Origin: a virus
Virus record (IMG/VR): IMGVR_UViG_3300025000_000067
Coordinates: 38,132-102,131 of that record
DNA: 64,000 nt
Reading direction: 5' to 3' (one strand)
Below the pieces are notes generated by a model. That model saw only the letters and a program-made list of their open reading frames with translations, had not been told where the DNA came from and ran no database searches. Shown one piece after another: positions 9,041 through 18,339 of the stretch (positions are counted from its first letter, which is position 1; every line of letters starts with the position of its first letter). The position numbers were made by a program, and so were the translations under genes.

Positions 9041-10172
9041 GGATTGGCATTGTCCTGAAGGATGCACGGGTGTAGCCCTTTATCAAGGTGCGTGTCCCGA
9101 TGATCTAGGTCCAGATGAACCATGTGTTAATGGAATCCTTGATGATGAGGAGTACAAAGCTTCAGAAGATTCAAGAGATGTTCCTACGCTATTCAAAACT
9201 GAGGAGGAGATACAGACAATGGTTGACTTTAACAAGCTGAGAGCTAATAGGGACCAGAAGGATAGGAGAACTCAACAGAAGACATCGGGAGTGGTTAAAC
9301 CGCTCCCTCGGACTTTTGTTGTATTAGACCTAGAGACAACGGGTTTTGATCGTGTTAATGACCGAATCATTGAAATCGGCGCGGTGAGATTTACAGATGG
9401 TGAGCCTGTGGCCATATTTAATACACTCGTTAACCCAGAAGTGCTTGTAAGTGAAGAGATAACTAAACTTACAGGGCATACCAACGAGGACCTTCTGAAG
9501 GGCATGAGTGAAGATCACGCAATTATCACCTTAATATACTTTCTTCGAAGTGAGCCTATCGTTGGCCACAATGTTCTTTTTGACTATGAGCTATTCTACC
9601 GGGCTGCTGGAAGAATTGAATGTGGTGTGTGTAACCCCTTAATCGATACACTCACCATTGCACGAGACAGGCACAAGTACCCTCACAAGCTCCCAGATAT
9701 GTGTAAGAGGTATAATGTTCACCAAGAAGGCTGGCATAGTGCTTATTTCGATGCCCTAGCATGCGGGGACCTGTTACTCGCTATGCACGCAGAGGATAAA
9801 AACTACCCCGAGGGTAAACAGGTAGCTGACTATACAAATGTGATTGGTTGGAAGAGGCAGTATGGAGAACCTAAGTGGGGACCATCATGGGTAACACTCA
9901 AAGGGCAGGGTGATATGCATGTTCAAGAAGGTCCTCGGAAGGCTAGGCAGGTTATGGTGCCTAAGCATGATAAACCAGATGCTAAGTGGTTCGGCAAAGG
10001 GTGTGCATATCAGGCATGCCAATTTGAAGAAAGTGGTGTTCAAGGGGAAGGTGTAGGTTTTCCAGTACTGACTGCCTGTAGCCATCCTGAAGCATCACAA
10101 AGCATACGAGAAGATAATTGCCAAGCCAACATGCTCTGTCCTATGGGTCTAAGTGATGACCTCCCATTTTGA
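9018..10172 (+). CDS. DEDDh 3'-5' exonuclease (DnaQ/PolC-exo-like)
   Basis: LDLETTG, IIEIGAV, GHNVLFD, DTL, HSAYFD; start uncertain (strong internal SD/ATG at 9219); ends DDLPF. Confidence 0.88.
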   Translation: MRASVMIRDWHCPEGCTGVALYQGACPDDLGPDEPCVNGILDDEEYKASEDSRDVPTLFKTEEEIQTMVDFNKLRANRDQKDRRTQQKTSGVVKPLPRTFVVLDLETTGFDRVNDRIIEIGAVRFTDGEPVAIFNTLVNPEVLVSEEITKLTGHTNEDLLKGMSEDHAIITLIYFLRSEPIVGHNVLFDYELFYRAAGRIECGVCNPLIDTLTIARDRHKYPHKLPDMCKRYNVHQEGWHSAYFDALACGDLLLAMHAEDKNYPEGKQVADYTNVIGWKRQYGEPKWGPSWVTLKGQGDMHVQEGPRKARQVMVPKHDKPDAKWFGKGCAYQACQFEESGVQGEGVGFPVLTACSHPEASQSIREDNCQANMLCPMGLSDDLPF

Positions 10173-10193
10173 AAGAAAGGAGTTGAATCTCCT

Positions 10194-10604
10194 GTGGACA
10201 TGACCCCACACCAAGTACGGGTCTGTAAGAACTGTAAAAATAGGTTTGTTATAGCCTGCGCTTGTTATGACAAAAAGCACTGGGAACTTAATTTAGAATG
10301 CTATGGCTGTACTCATTGCTTTAACAAAAGTTCCACGGACACTGTAATGTGCTACAGGTGCAATAACTTTAGTAAAAAGATTATTAAGCTAAAACCAAAA
10401 GGAGTTGATGATACAGTGGCAAATATCAAAATTGAGTACAGTGCAACGGACCTAAAAAATCTCGTACTGAAGGACCTGCAGGAAAAATTCCCAAACCAAA
10501 AGATTGAGCTGCATCGAGTAAACATTGAAACTAAGTCTAAGCAGAATTATAAGTCTGAGTGGGAGACTGCTGATTTTAGAGCTAGTATTAATGTAAATAT
10601 TTAG
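10194..10604 (+). CDS. Cys-rich hypothetical protein
   Basis: SD AAGGAG; possible internal start. Confidence 0.6.
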   Translation: MDMTPHQVRVCKNCKNRFVIACACYDKKHWELNLECYGCTHCFNKSSTDTVMCYRCNNFSKKIIKLKPKGVDDTVANIKIEYSATDLKNLVLKDLQEKFPNQKIELHRVNIETKSKQNYKSEWETADFRASINVNI

Positions 10605-10621
10605 AGAGGAGTTGATTACTG

Positions 10622-10789
10622 ATGAAAGCTGAGGACTTAGATAGCAAGGCTAATGAAAACGAAACATTTCGCCAATTTATTCAATACGGTGAAAAAGAGT
10701 TTGGTTTAGAGCCACAAGACTTAAATTCAATGTCTGAACAAGAATTAACCGATTATTTAGATTTAATAGATTATCTGTGGACTAAGTAA
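10622..10789 (+). CDS. small acidic protein (55 aa, not in ORF track)
   Basis: AGGAG SD; MKAEDLDSKANENETFRQFI...YLWTK fills the gap exactly. Confidence 0.7.
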   Translation: MKAEDLDSKANENETFRQFIQYGEKEFGLEPQDLNSMSEQELTDYLDLIDYLWTK

Positions 10790-10804
10790 AGGAGTTGAAT
10801 ACCT

Positions 10805-11011
10805 ATGCCTCACTGTAAGTGCACACAAACTGACCAAACATGTAAATGTAACGGATGTGCCGAAGCTTTTGACTGTGATCTATGCCCTGAGCACGGATGT
10901 CAGAAGAACCCAGTAAACGGGGCTAGAACAAGCATGTTCCTATGCTTCTATACGCTTAAGCCAGGATATAGAGAGGCATGGAAAAAATTAAATAAGGGAG
11001 CTGAGAGCTGA
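10805..11011 (+). CDS. Cys-rich protein (CxCxxC..CDLCPEHGC module)
   Basis: SD AAGGAG. Confidence 0.7.
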   Translation: MPHCKCTQTDQTCKCNGCAEAFDCDLCPEHGCQKNPVNGARTSMFLCFYTLKPGYREAWKKLNKGAES

Positions 11012-11484
11012 TGCTATCTAAAACATGTAGTGAAGTTAAAGCAGGGTTGGAGGGTCCTTGTATCCAGCATATAGAAAACACTTGCTTATGCTTAGACTGC
11101 TCAGAGAGTGGGGACTGTCTTTTATGCCCTAAACACGGGTGCCCTGTGTACCCACAAGATCATAACTTTATAGCTGATGTAGAGTTTCAAGGAAACAATG
11201 GTGGGGATTATGTGAAGATAAGCCAGACTGTAGGTCAATCTAAAGAATCATGTCTTAATATTGAAGTCGGTCATTGCTGCGTTGTTACCCTTAGGGCAGT
11301 TGTCCCTGTTGAGTTTCTAACATCACTTATTACTAAGTTCATGTTTACCGATACAGAGGGTATGTCAAGAGCCACGGATGATAAGCTGTCTGACTTTGCT
11401 AGAGAAATCATGGACGAATGGCCTAAGGACTTTGTAGATGAGAGGTTGTCTAAAATAGTTGAAGGAGGTTTTTGGAATGCCTAA
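11011..11484 (+). CDS. Cys-rich module + unknown domain
   Basis: TGATG coupling; same module. Confidence 0.75.
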   Translation: MLSKTCSEVKAGLEGPCIQHIENTCLCLDCSESGDCLLCPKHGCPVYPQDHNFIADVEFQGNNGGDYVKISQTVGQSKESCLNIEVGHCCVVTLRAVVPVEFLTSLITKFMFTDTEGMSRATDDKLSDFAREIMDEWPKDFVDERLSKIVEGGFWNA

Positions 11485-12112
11485 AACGTGTACTGATGTT
11501 GTAACCAGTCCTAATGGTAATCCTCTAGATTGTCTAAACTGTAGGTGCGTAGGGTGTGGGGAGTATAAAGATCCCTATAATGCAAACTGTGACTTATACC
11601 CAGAGCACGGGTGCCCTAAGTACCCACTAATACCTGAACCTGAGAAATGGTCCTATAACTTTACTGAAGACGGTCTATGGGATAATGAAGTCTTTGAAAC
11701 AGGTGAAGAAGCTTACGAGGCTGGTAAAGCGGAAGCCCTAGATCGTGGGGGCGATACCTTCTACATTGGCCAGTTGGTGCCTATCACTATTTCTAGTAAT
11801 GCTGCTGTTGATGTAGATGGGATATTTGATCTAATATCCCAACAATTAGACGATGAGTATGGGTCAGACTTCGAGCACGGTGAGCGGTGGTACGATGCCA
11901 TTACATCCGATGATAAGCTCACCTTGGAGGAGATGCTTAATGCAGCGTTCCACGAGTGGCTTCAGAAGACCAGCAACCAACCTACGAGTTTAACGATTAT
12001 TGACATTGATGAGTACTGCAAGACTGCAAACACATGGGTAGAGAAGCTTAGTACGCAGAAGGCAAAGAGGCTAAGTGAAAAATTAGGGGAGGATATGCTA
12101 AATGAAAACTGA
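11477..12112 (+). CDS. Cys-rich module + acidic domain
   Basis: ATG 11477 after GAAGGAGG; same module. Confidence 0.75.
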   Translation: MPKTCTDVVTSPNGNPLDCLNCRCVGCGEYKDPYNANCDLYPEHGCPKYPLIPEPEKWSYNFTEDGLWDNEVFETGEEAYEAGKAEALDRGGDTFYIGQLVPITISSNAAVDVDGIFDLISQQLDDEYGSDFEHGERWYDAITSDDKLTLEEMLNAAFHEWLQKTSNQPTSLTIIDIDEYCKTANTWVEKLSTQKAKRLSEKLGEDMLNEN

Positions 12113-12527
12113 TATTGAAGTACTCCGGTTCGGGTATAATGATGAACTGTATGCCGTTGTAGAGAAGCTGAAAGATGTGCATAAAGAGGATCCTACGTCA
12201 CTACGCATCTTCGAAGTTGAGGGGGAAACTCGACCTCCTAAAGATCTATACATTTATGGATCGGCTAGTGTTCAGAAGCTCAGGGACTTCTTAAACAGCT
12301 TATACGAGCCAGCTAAACACACCAAGGATTGCTCCTGCATTGACTGCATCAATACATCAGCTATGCGAATGCTGTTGCAGGAGGCAGTTAAGCTCTTTGA
12401 GGGGTTAGATCTTAACCGGGATAGGGCAAATTCTTGGATAGTTAATCTCAGTGAACATGGTCTGCTATATGCTGATATTCTAAGGTTAAAAGGGTCCATA
12501 AGAGACTTACTAGAGCCCCAAGAATAG
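12102..12527 (+). CDS. hypothetical protein
   Basis: GGAGG SD. Confidence 0.7.
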   Translation: MKTDIEVLRFGYNDELYAVVEKLKDVHKEDPTSLRIFEVEGETRPPKDLYIYGSASVQKLRDFLNSLYEPAKHTKDCSCIDCINTSAMRMLLQEAVKLFEGLDLNRDRANSWIVNLSEHGLLYADILRLKGSIRDLLEPQE

Positions 12528-12541
12528 GGGCTCTTTTCCTT
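12512..12541 (+). terminator. intrinsic terminator
   Basis: AGAGCCCC/GGGGCTCT stem + T-tract. Confidence 0.65.
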
Positions 12542-12741
12542 TACTTAGTATGTGGGCAAGCTTACTAAAATAAAAGGAGTGGTTCGTACTATGCTAGAGG
12601 GTATCAGTGGAATAATTGAGGTCTTTGTTACAGTATTTAAAGATTCAAAATATTTTGTTAAATCATTCACTATAGAGGATGTCTGGGGTGGCATAGCCCT
12701 AGTGACTGTGCTGTTCGTGCTAAGTATTTTACTATAAATAC

Positions 12742-12770
12742 TTGTCTATATTTGTTCATCGTTGTATACT
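12742..12770 (+). promoter_or_regulatory. sigmaA-type promoter TTGTCT-N17-TATACT
   Basis: consensus-like hexamers, 17-bp spacer containing the TTTGTTCATCGTTGT motif. Confidence 0.6.
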
Positions 12771-12827
12771 ACTTAACAGGGGGATTTTAGGAAGAACTAA
12801 AATTTTTAAAGGGATGGTGGACAAGCT

Positions 12828-13160
12828 ATGCCAGTTAAATATCCCAGGCCGGCAGCCGGAGCTGTTGCAGAACAAACGGATACCTATGTCAAGAAAGAGA
12901 AGCACCAAGTGGAATTAACTAAGAACCTACGGAAGCCTAGTGTCACTAAAGCTAAAGAGCCTGTAACTGATTGGTTTATACTTCAGGCAGGTGATGACCC
13001 GGGTCCAGGAGATGGTACAGAATGGGTATGGAGAAATGACTTTAAGTCCATTCATAGGGGAACTAGAAAAGAGTGCTTGGATTATATAGTGACCTATAAG
13101 CGTAAGAACCCAAAGGATACAACTGAGATGTTCTTGGCCCATGGGTTAAAGGTGATCTAA
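12828..13160 (+). CDS. hypothetical protein
   Basis: 110-aa ORF. Confidence 0.65.
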   Translation: MPVKYPRPAAGAVAEQTDTYVKKEKHQVELTKNLRKPSVTKAKEPVTDWFILQAGDDPGPGDGTEWVWRNDFKSIHRGTRKECLDYIVTYKRKNPKDTTEMFLAHGLKVI

Positions 13161-13185
13161 TAAAGAGGAAGAGGAGCTGGCGAAT

Positions 13186-13557
13186 ATGAAAGAGATGGAT
13201 GTACTACTAGCACGAAAGCTGCTGATTACTCTAGGTGTACTTACTGAAGTCGATGAGCAGGAGAACGGTGAGATTATTGCTGTACTTACTGCTGAAGACA
13301 TGGCTGCTTATGAGGATCTTGCTTCACAGGCTGCAGAGATTCGTAATTTAGAGAAGTTACTAAAAGAACTTAAGGTTAAAATCAATACGAAAGTACTTGT
13401 GCATAATGCCCGTCGGGATATGTGGTGGAACTGCATAGAAATGCGACATGGAGTAACCAAAGAGCAGAGCACCACTGGATTGCACGTTGATAGGATAAAC
13501 AATGCACTAAGAAAAGGTATACTGGCTGACAATACCTATGGAATTAATCGGACTTAA
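13186..13557 (+). CDS. hypothetical protein
   Basis: GAGGAG SD. Confidence 0.7.
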   Translation: MKEMDVLLARKLLITLGVLTEVDEQENGEIIAVLTAEDMAAYEDLASQAAEIRNLEKLLKELKVKINTKVLVHNARRDMWWNCIEMRHGVTKEQSTTGLHVDRINNALRKGILADNTYGINRT

Positions 13558-13581
13558 GTTAAGAAGAGGAGGAATTTATCC

Positions 13582-14148
13582 ATGAGTAATACTATTGCAG
13601 TGAGTTCTTCAGATTACAAAGAATCAGGTTGTGTAAAGTGTGGTTGTGAGTACTGTTATGGACAGGGTATAAGTGGTGGAGGCACGACACCTGTAGTATG
13701 TGGAGAGTGTGAGACACGATTTATTATCCTTGCAGAAGGCTTAACCAAGTCAAGGATAGGCTTTGGATCTGGGGATGGCCCCGCATCGTACCCTGAGCTA
13801 CAAGCACACCCACGAAAAGGTACTCCTAATCATCCATATATAAGACCTGATGTAAAGCCAGAGGGTGGTGGTGAATACTGGGCACCACGGGGCGTAGGGT
13901 ATGACCTATCGGGCTTCGTCAAATGTAAGGAGGCCGGGGAGCGTATTGTTAAAATGGTGGAAAAAGGCATTGGAAGAACTCCCAAAACTTGGCTAGACTA
14001 CAGACCATCGGAACCTAAATGGGTACAGGTAAAAGTTCAAGCTGTCGATGGGATTAACCTTGAAACGCTGTGTGATTTATGCAAAGATGGAATCATAACG
14101 GAGCAGAGGATAATTACATCCTTAACCATTGAAGCTCTGACTAAGTGA
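13582..14148 (+). CDS. Zn-ribbon-containing hypothetical protein
   Basis: CxxC...CxxC N-terminus; GAGGAGG SD. Confidence 0.75.
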   Translation: MSNTIAVSSSDYKESGCVKCGCEYCYGQGISGGGTTPVVCGECETRFIILAEGLTKSRIGFGSGDGPASYPELQAHPRKGTPNHPYIRPDVKPEGGGEYWAPRGVGYDLSGFVKCKEAGERIVKMVEKGIGRTPKTWLDYRPSEPKWVQVKVQAVDGINLETLCDLCKDGIITEQRIITSLTIEALTK

Positions 14149-14155
14149 TCTTCTG

Positions 14156-14188
14156 AAGCCCTAGTGCCACAAGGCATTGGGGCTTTTC
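14156..14188 (+). terminator. intrinsic terminator ending the accessory region
   Basis: AAGCCCTAGTGCC/GGCATTGGGGCTT stem + T-tract. Confidence 0.7.
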
Positions 14189-14657
14189 CTATACCCGCTC
14201 AATGCCCTCTCATATATGCCTTTGACGAATGTTACATAATAAGCATATGTAACATTCAGGTTTAAGTGGGGGGTGCTCCTATACTCCTAGATGCCTCCTA
14301 TAAATGGGCTAAAAATCCATGACAGAATACTCTGACAGGGTTTATGCAGTCGAGTGCATAATTATGCATAGGTGTTTTCTTGCAATTCTTAGGAGCCTAT
14401 AGTATAGTATAGGGATTTTTAAAATGGGGTGTTTTCATGTGAAAAGGAAAAATGTTACAAGTAGCTGTAACCCTTGGTATCGCTGGGTTTGGGCATTTAT
14501 TACAAAAGTATCCATGTAAAAAATTAGGATATTTTTAAGATGGGGTGAGAGGCTCAGAGAATTGGACTAATGGTCTGACTATTGGTAAGACGAAATTGTA
14601 AATAAATGGAGCCAAAAATGGGGGCAAAATGAGGCCTTTTTGCCTTTTTGAAAAAAA

Positions 14658-14869
14658 TTTTCTCGATTACGTACGAGTTGGTAAGTAATTATTAAAGACA
14701 CAAAGAAAAAAGGGGTCTATAAAAAAAAAAAATGGTTTTTGTACCAATACTGCAAATTTGTTCATAGTTGTTCATAAAAAAGTGCACAAAAAAATAAAAA
14801 AAAAATTTGCAAAAAATAAAACGCTTGGCACCTGATAATTACGTATCAACTCGTACGTAATCGAGAAAA
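14658..14869. repeat. 35-bp inverted repeat (2 mismatches) around a 142-bp A-tract spacer
   Basis: arms 14658-14692 and 14835-14869. Confidence 0.9.
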
Positions 14870-15170
14870 CCTTGAAAACAGTTAAAATGACCTATTTTTG
14901 AAATATATTTTAAAAATGTAGTGTATAAAGTGCATAAAAATTCATAAGAAAACGACAAAGGAAATAAGTACTTTAAGGATGAAAAAATAGTTTTATTTAT
15001 ATTAGGTTTATTTTTTATTTCTTCTTATATATGTATTTTAAAATTGTTTGTTCAAAGTTGTGAACTATTGTCTATCAATTTTCTTATAGATGTGGTAAAA
15101 TACTCCATAGAATTCCTCGGACGCAGGTCCTGGGAGTCCCTATACACCTAGGGAGGAGGCGATTTTACCC

Positions 15171-15992
15171 ATGGGGCATAAACTAATATCTAAGATAAAG
15201 CAGGCTGCAAAACCTGTTAAGTATACACCTGAAGAAATAGCAGTAGCAGAGGCCCCAAAAATAGCTAAAGGGAAAAGACAACGCATGCAACTAAATATGC
15301 CCGTCCCTGCCACACAGACTAGGGTTATAGCTGTTAGCAAAAGAAAAAACCCCATAACAGCACGCAAAGTACTAACGGGCAAGTCTCCGAAGTATGTGCA
15401 GCTTGAGGTTAGAGGTTCTGGCGATAAGGTATATACAATTGTCGTTCCTGCTAGCTACAAGAACGTGATACCGAAGACCTGGAGATGGAACCCTAGGCGC
15501 TACAAGGCTGCTGATATGATAGGTGCTGGGCATCCTATTACCCAAATAGCTAAAGTGCTAGGCATGCATAAGTCTATGATCTATGCATGGTTGCAGCATC
15601 CAGAGTTCAAGGGTCATGTTAATGGGCTCGTGATGGAGACAGGATGGGCCAATAAGCAGGAGCGGATTGCAGGGCTTAACAAAGTGACCCGCTTACTCTT
15701 TGATAAGGTTGTAGCGGAGATTGATGGGGTTAACTTAACAGATAAGTCTATTGGCCCAGTGCTAACAGCCATCCAAACGATTGCCAAGCAGATCGCTCAA
15801 GAAAAAGATGAATTTGTAGAGCAATCGAAGGTGGAGCAGAATACCAACTTGAGCGGTGTCGTTGGTATAGCTATCGCTAATATTGATACTATAATGGCCA
15901 GCAAAAGCGCTGAAGAACGAAGGGCTTTAGAAGCCCAGTTTAAAGATGTCAGTGATGATGTGATTCGGGGTATCACTGGTGAGAAGGAGTAG
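15171..15992 (+). CDS. HTH protein, candidate terminase small subunit
   Basis: HTH ITQIAKVLGMHKSMIYAWLQHPEF then helical C-terminus; first gene of the packaging region. Confidence 0.55.
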   Translation: MGHKLISKIKQAAKPVKYTPEEIAVAEAPKIAKGKRQRMQLNMPVPATQTRVIAVSKRKNPITARKVLTGKSPKYVQLEVRGSGDKVYTIVVPASYKNVIPKTWRWNPRRYKAADMIGAGHPITQIAKVLGMHKSMIYAWLQHPEFKGHVNGLVMETGWANKQERIAGLNKVTRLLFDKVVAEIDGVNLTDKSIGPVLTAIQTIAKQIAQEKDEFVEQSKVEQNTNLSGVVGIAIANIDTIMASKSAEERRALEAQFKDVSDDVIRGITGEKE

Positions 15993-15999
15993 AGGGAAT

Positions 16000-16275
16000 A
16001 TGAAAATATACATTGCTGGTGCTATAACAGGCAATGAAAATTATCAAGCAGAATTTGCACAGGCTGAGAAAGAGTTAACGGAATTAGGGAACACAGTGCT
16101 TAATCCTGCACTACTACCTAAAGGATTTACACAAGAGGAGTACATGAGTGTATGTATCCCAATGCTTAATATTTGTGAGGCGATATACCTACTACGTGGC
16201 TGGGAGCCTAGTATTGGTGCAAATATTGGAAAGCTACATGCAGAGCATGTAGGGAAGATAGTTATCTTCGAATAG
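16000..16275 (+). CDS. DUF4406 / nucleoside deoxyribosyltransferase-like protein
   Basis: MKIYIAGAITG, VLNPA, CEAIYLLRGWEPSIGA. Confidence 0.8.
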   Translation: MKIYIAGAITGNENYQAEFAQAEKELTELGNTVLNPALLPKGFTQEEYMSVCIPMLNICEAIYLLRGWEPSIGANIGKLHAEHVGKIVIFE

Positions 16276-16552
16276 TAGTTGTTAAACAACCTGCACAACG
16301 CCATAGAGTGGACAAACTATGGCTATGAGCGGGTTCGTGTTAAACGAATGAGTAAACAGGGGGAATGATTGTCGTGCCTAAGATTTGTCAAGTATGCAAT
16401 GTTACCTATGGAAGTACCAACCAAACGAAATGCAGCTACTGTGAGAGGCCTCTTCAAATTGTATCCAGCCAGGGCATGTGCCCAAACAGCAGTCTGCAAC
16501 TTCTCCAAGCGGATATGGAGCAGCATAAGAATCCATACTTTGGTACTCACTA

Positions 16553-16741
16553 ATGGCTAATGTGCTGCAGGAGGAACCTGCTACAACCCATATGCGGAAG
16601 TCAAAGCGGTGTAGCCATTGCAACGGTTCAGGCAAGGTTCCAGTATCTTGTATGATACATAATAACCATGGGCTACCTACACGACTAGAACTTAAGGAGT
16701 CGTGCCCGGTGTGTAAAAGGCATGGGTTTGTGAAGGTATAA
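16553..16741 (+). CDS. small Zn-finger protein (DnaJ-like CxxCxGxG)
   Basis: CSHCNGSG ... CPVCKRHG. Confidence 0.5.
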   Translation: MANVLQEEPATTHMRKSKRCSHCNGSGKVPVSCMIHNNHGLPTRLELKESCPVCKRHGFVKV

Positions 16742-16745
16742 GAAA

Positions 16746-16772
16746 AAGATCAACTCGTTAAGAGTTGATCTT
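16746..16772. terminator. bidirectional hairpin between convergent genes
   Basis: AAGATCAACTC-5nt-GAGTTGATCTT. Confidence 0.65.
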
Positions 16773-16925
16773 CTGCTGTTGAAGTTTGAACTTAACAGCT
16801 AGGTCTTTTATAGCTTCATCTAGTAGTTTAGCAATGGAAATTCTTGAGTCTACTGATAGGTTTTTTAGTATTTCGTATGTTTCACGATCAACGGCTGAGC
16901 CTAATTTAACCCTATTCTTAAGCAT
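16758..16925 (-). CDS. ribbon-helix-helix protein (55 aa, not in ORF track)
   Basis: MLKNRVKLGSAVDRETYEILKNLSVDSRISIAKLLDEAIKDL; GGGAGGG SD. Confidence 0.8.
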   Translation of the reverse strand: MLKNRVKLGSAVDRETYEILKNLSVDSRISIAKLLDEAIKDLAVKFKLQQQKINS

Positions 16926-17059
16926 GGGTAGCCCTCCCTAAAGTGGTATGACTTGTAAGTGGAAGCATTTAGCAGTATAGTATATCCAAGTAATTACTGT
17001 TTATGCTACTAGGAAGTACACTAAATGTCAAACTAAATTAGCAAGGGAGTGGGATTAGG

Positions 17060-17209
17060 ATGTTTAAGACAGAGGAACAGGCTCAGGCAGTATTTAGAGT
17101 TTTTATTGATGTTGCGCTTAATCGGGAAGTATCTTTAGTTGATCTTATGCAAATTACACCACGACATATGGATGTAGAGGCAGCTAAAGATTGGCTTAAT
17201 TCCATATGA
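17060..17209 (+). CDS. small hypothetical protein (possibly nonsense-truncated)
   Basis: 49 aa; frame stays open after the TGA. Confidence 0.45.
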   Translation: MFKTEEQAQAVFRVFIDVALNREVSLVDLMQITPRHMDVEAAKDWLNSI

Positions 17210-17300
17210 GCACCTGTAATGAGAAAACAGCTATGCGAGTTACATGGTAAGGACACCTATGAAGAGTGCCTACAAACTATCTTAGGTAATAAGGAGTTAG

Positions 17301-17891
17301 ATGAACAGGTACATACCTATGAATGAATTAACTAAGATAGTTGTTGAAGGCGATATCTTTAAAGTAGACAGCAGAATTATTGCTAAAAACTTTGAAAAGG
17401 ACCACAGGCACGTATTACGAGATATTGATAATCTAATTGCGCAAATAGATGTGTCCAAAATTGGGCACATCTCTGAAAGCTATTTTGTGCCAGCTAAGTA
17501 TGCAGATGTGCATGGTAGGGTACAAAGATTCTATGATATGACTTTTAGAGGTTTTATACTTCTTACTATGGGTTTTACAGGGGAAAAGGCATTTGCTTGG
17601 AAATTAAAGTACATTGATACTTTTGAGTGGCTGAGACAAGAGTACTTAAAAAAGCTAAAAGTACCTGAGCATCCCTTTATAAACCTAGCTACTATGACAG
17701 GTCTTCAAATGGATGTTTTTGAGCGTTTTGTGCCAGATGGTATGACGCTGAGGGAAGGGGCTTTTTGGTTTAATACAGACTTCTATAAGGATATAATTAG
17801 ATCCTATGAAAAGGGAGTAAGGAAGTTTGAGCGTAAACAAGCTAGGCTAAAACAAAAGAAATTAGAATCATCTTCAGAAGTTGAGGACTAA
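17301..17891 (+). CDS. Rha family phage regulatory protein
   Basis: DSRIIAKNFEKDHRHVLRDI ... GFILLTMGFTGEKA..WKLKYI. Confidence 0.88.
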   Translation: MNRYIPMNELTKIVVEGDIFKVDSRIIAKNFEKDHRHVLRDIDNLIAQIDVSKIGHISESYFVPAKYADVHGRVQRFYDMTFRGFILLTMGFTGEKAFAWKLKYIDTFEWLRQEYLKKLKVPEHPFINLATMTGLQMDVFERFVPDGMTLREGAFWFNTDFYKDIIRSYEKGVRKFERKQARLKQKKLESSSEVED

Positions 17892-17928
17892 GGTCAAATA
17901 GACCAGAGCATAAAGGAGGAATACACCG

Positions 17929-18108
17929 ATGTATGATGCAGGGACAACTGTATCGATCATCATTGTGCTTACACTAGGCCTTATGGTCGTTAGCCTAATA
18001 TTCGCTGTAAAGATCATTCAGCTAAAGAAGGTAATTAAAGCCTTAAGAGCTAAGTATACCAAGATTAGAGCTTTAGGCCGAAAGCCTAAGTACTATAACT
18101 GGTCCTAG
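17929..18108 (+). CDS. single-pass membrane protein (59 aa, not in ORF track)
   Basis: AAGGAGG SD; TM segment then basic tail. Confidence 0.65.
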   Translation: MYDAGTTVSIIIVLTLGLMVVSLIFAVKIIQLKKVIKALRAKYTKIRALGRKPKYYNWS

Positions 18109-18120
18109 AGGGGGAACACT

Positions 18121-18327
18121 ATGTTCAAGGTATCAGACACTTTAATACATGCGATTATTATTCTATCCTTATCCGGACTAACTGGTCTGCTTGTTGTAGC
18201 TGTATTTTATGCGTGGGATTGGGCCTTTACCAAGATACTAGAAGTATTAGGCGTTAAAAAATGCTTCGTTGAGTTTTTGATTAAAAAATACCGAGATAAG
18301 CGAGTGACTAAACAGAAGATGGAATAG
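18121..18327 (+). CDS. small membrane protein
   Basis: hydrophobic N-terminus. Confidence 0.6.
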   Translation: MFKVSDTLIHAIIILSLSGLTGLLVVAVFYAWDWAFTKILEVLGVKKCFVEFLIKKYRDKRVTKQKME

Positions 18328-18339
18328 GCAGGTGACATC

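Noticed and set aside
14190-15170. tRNA or rRNA genes in the non-coding gap
   Set aside because: No cloverleaf or T-loop (GTTCGA) context recognised; the sequence is A/T homopolymer-rich.
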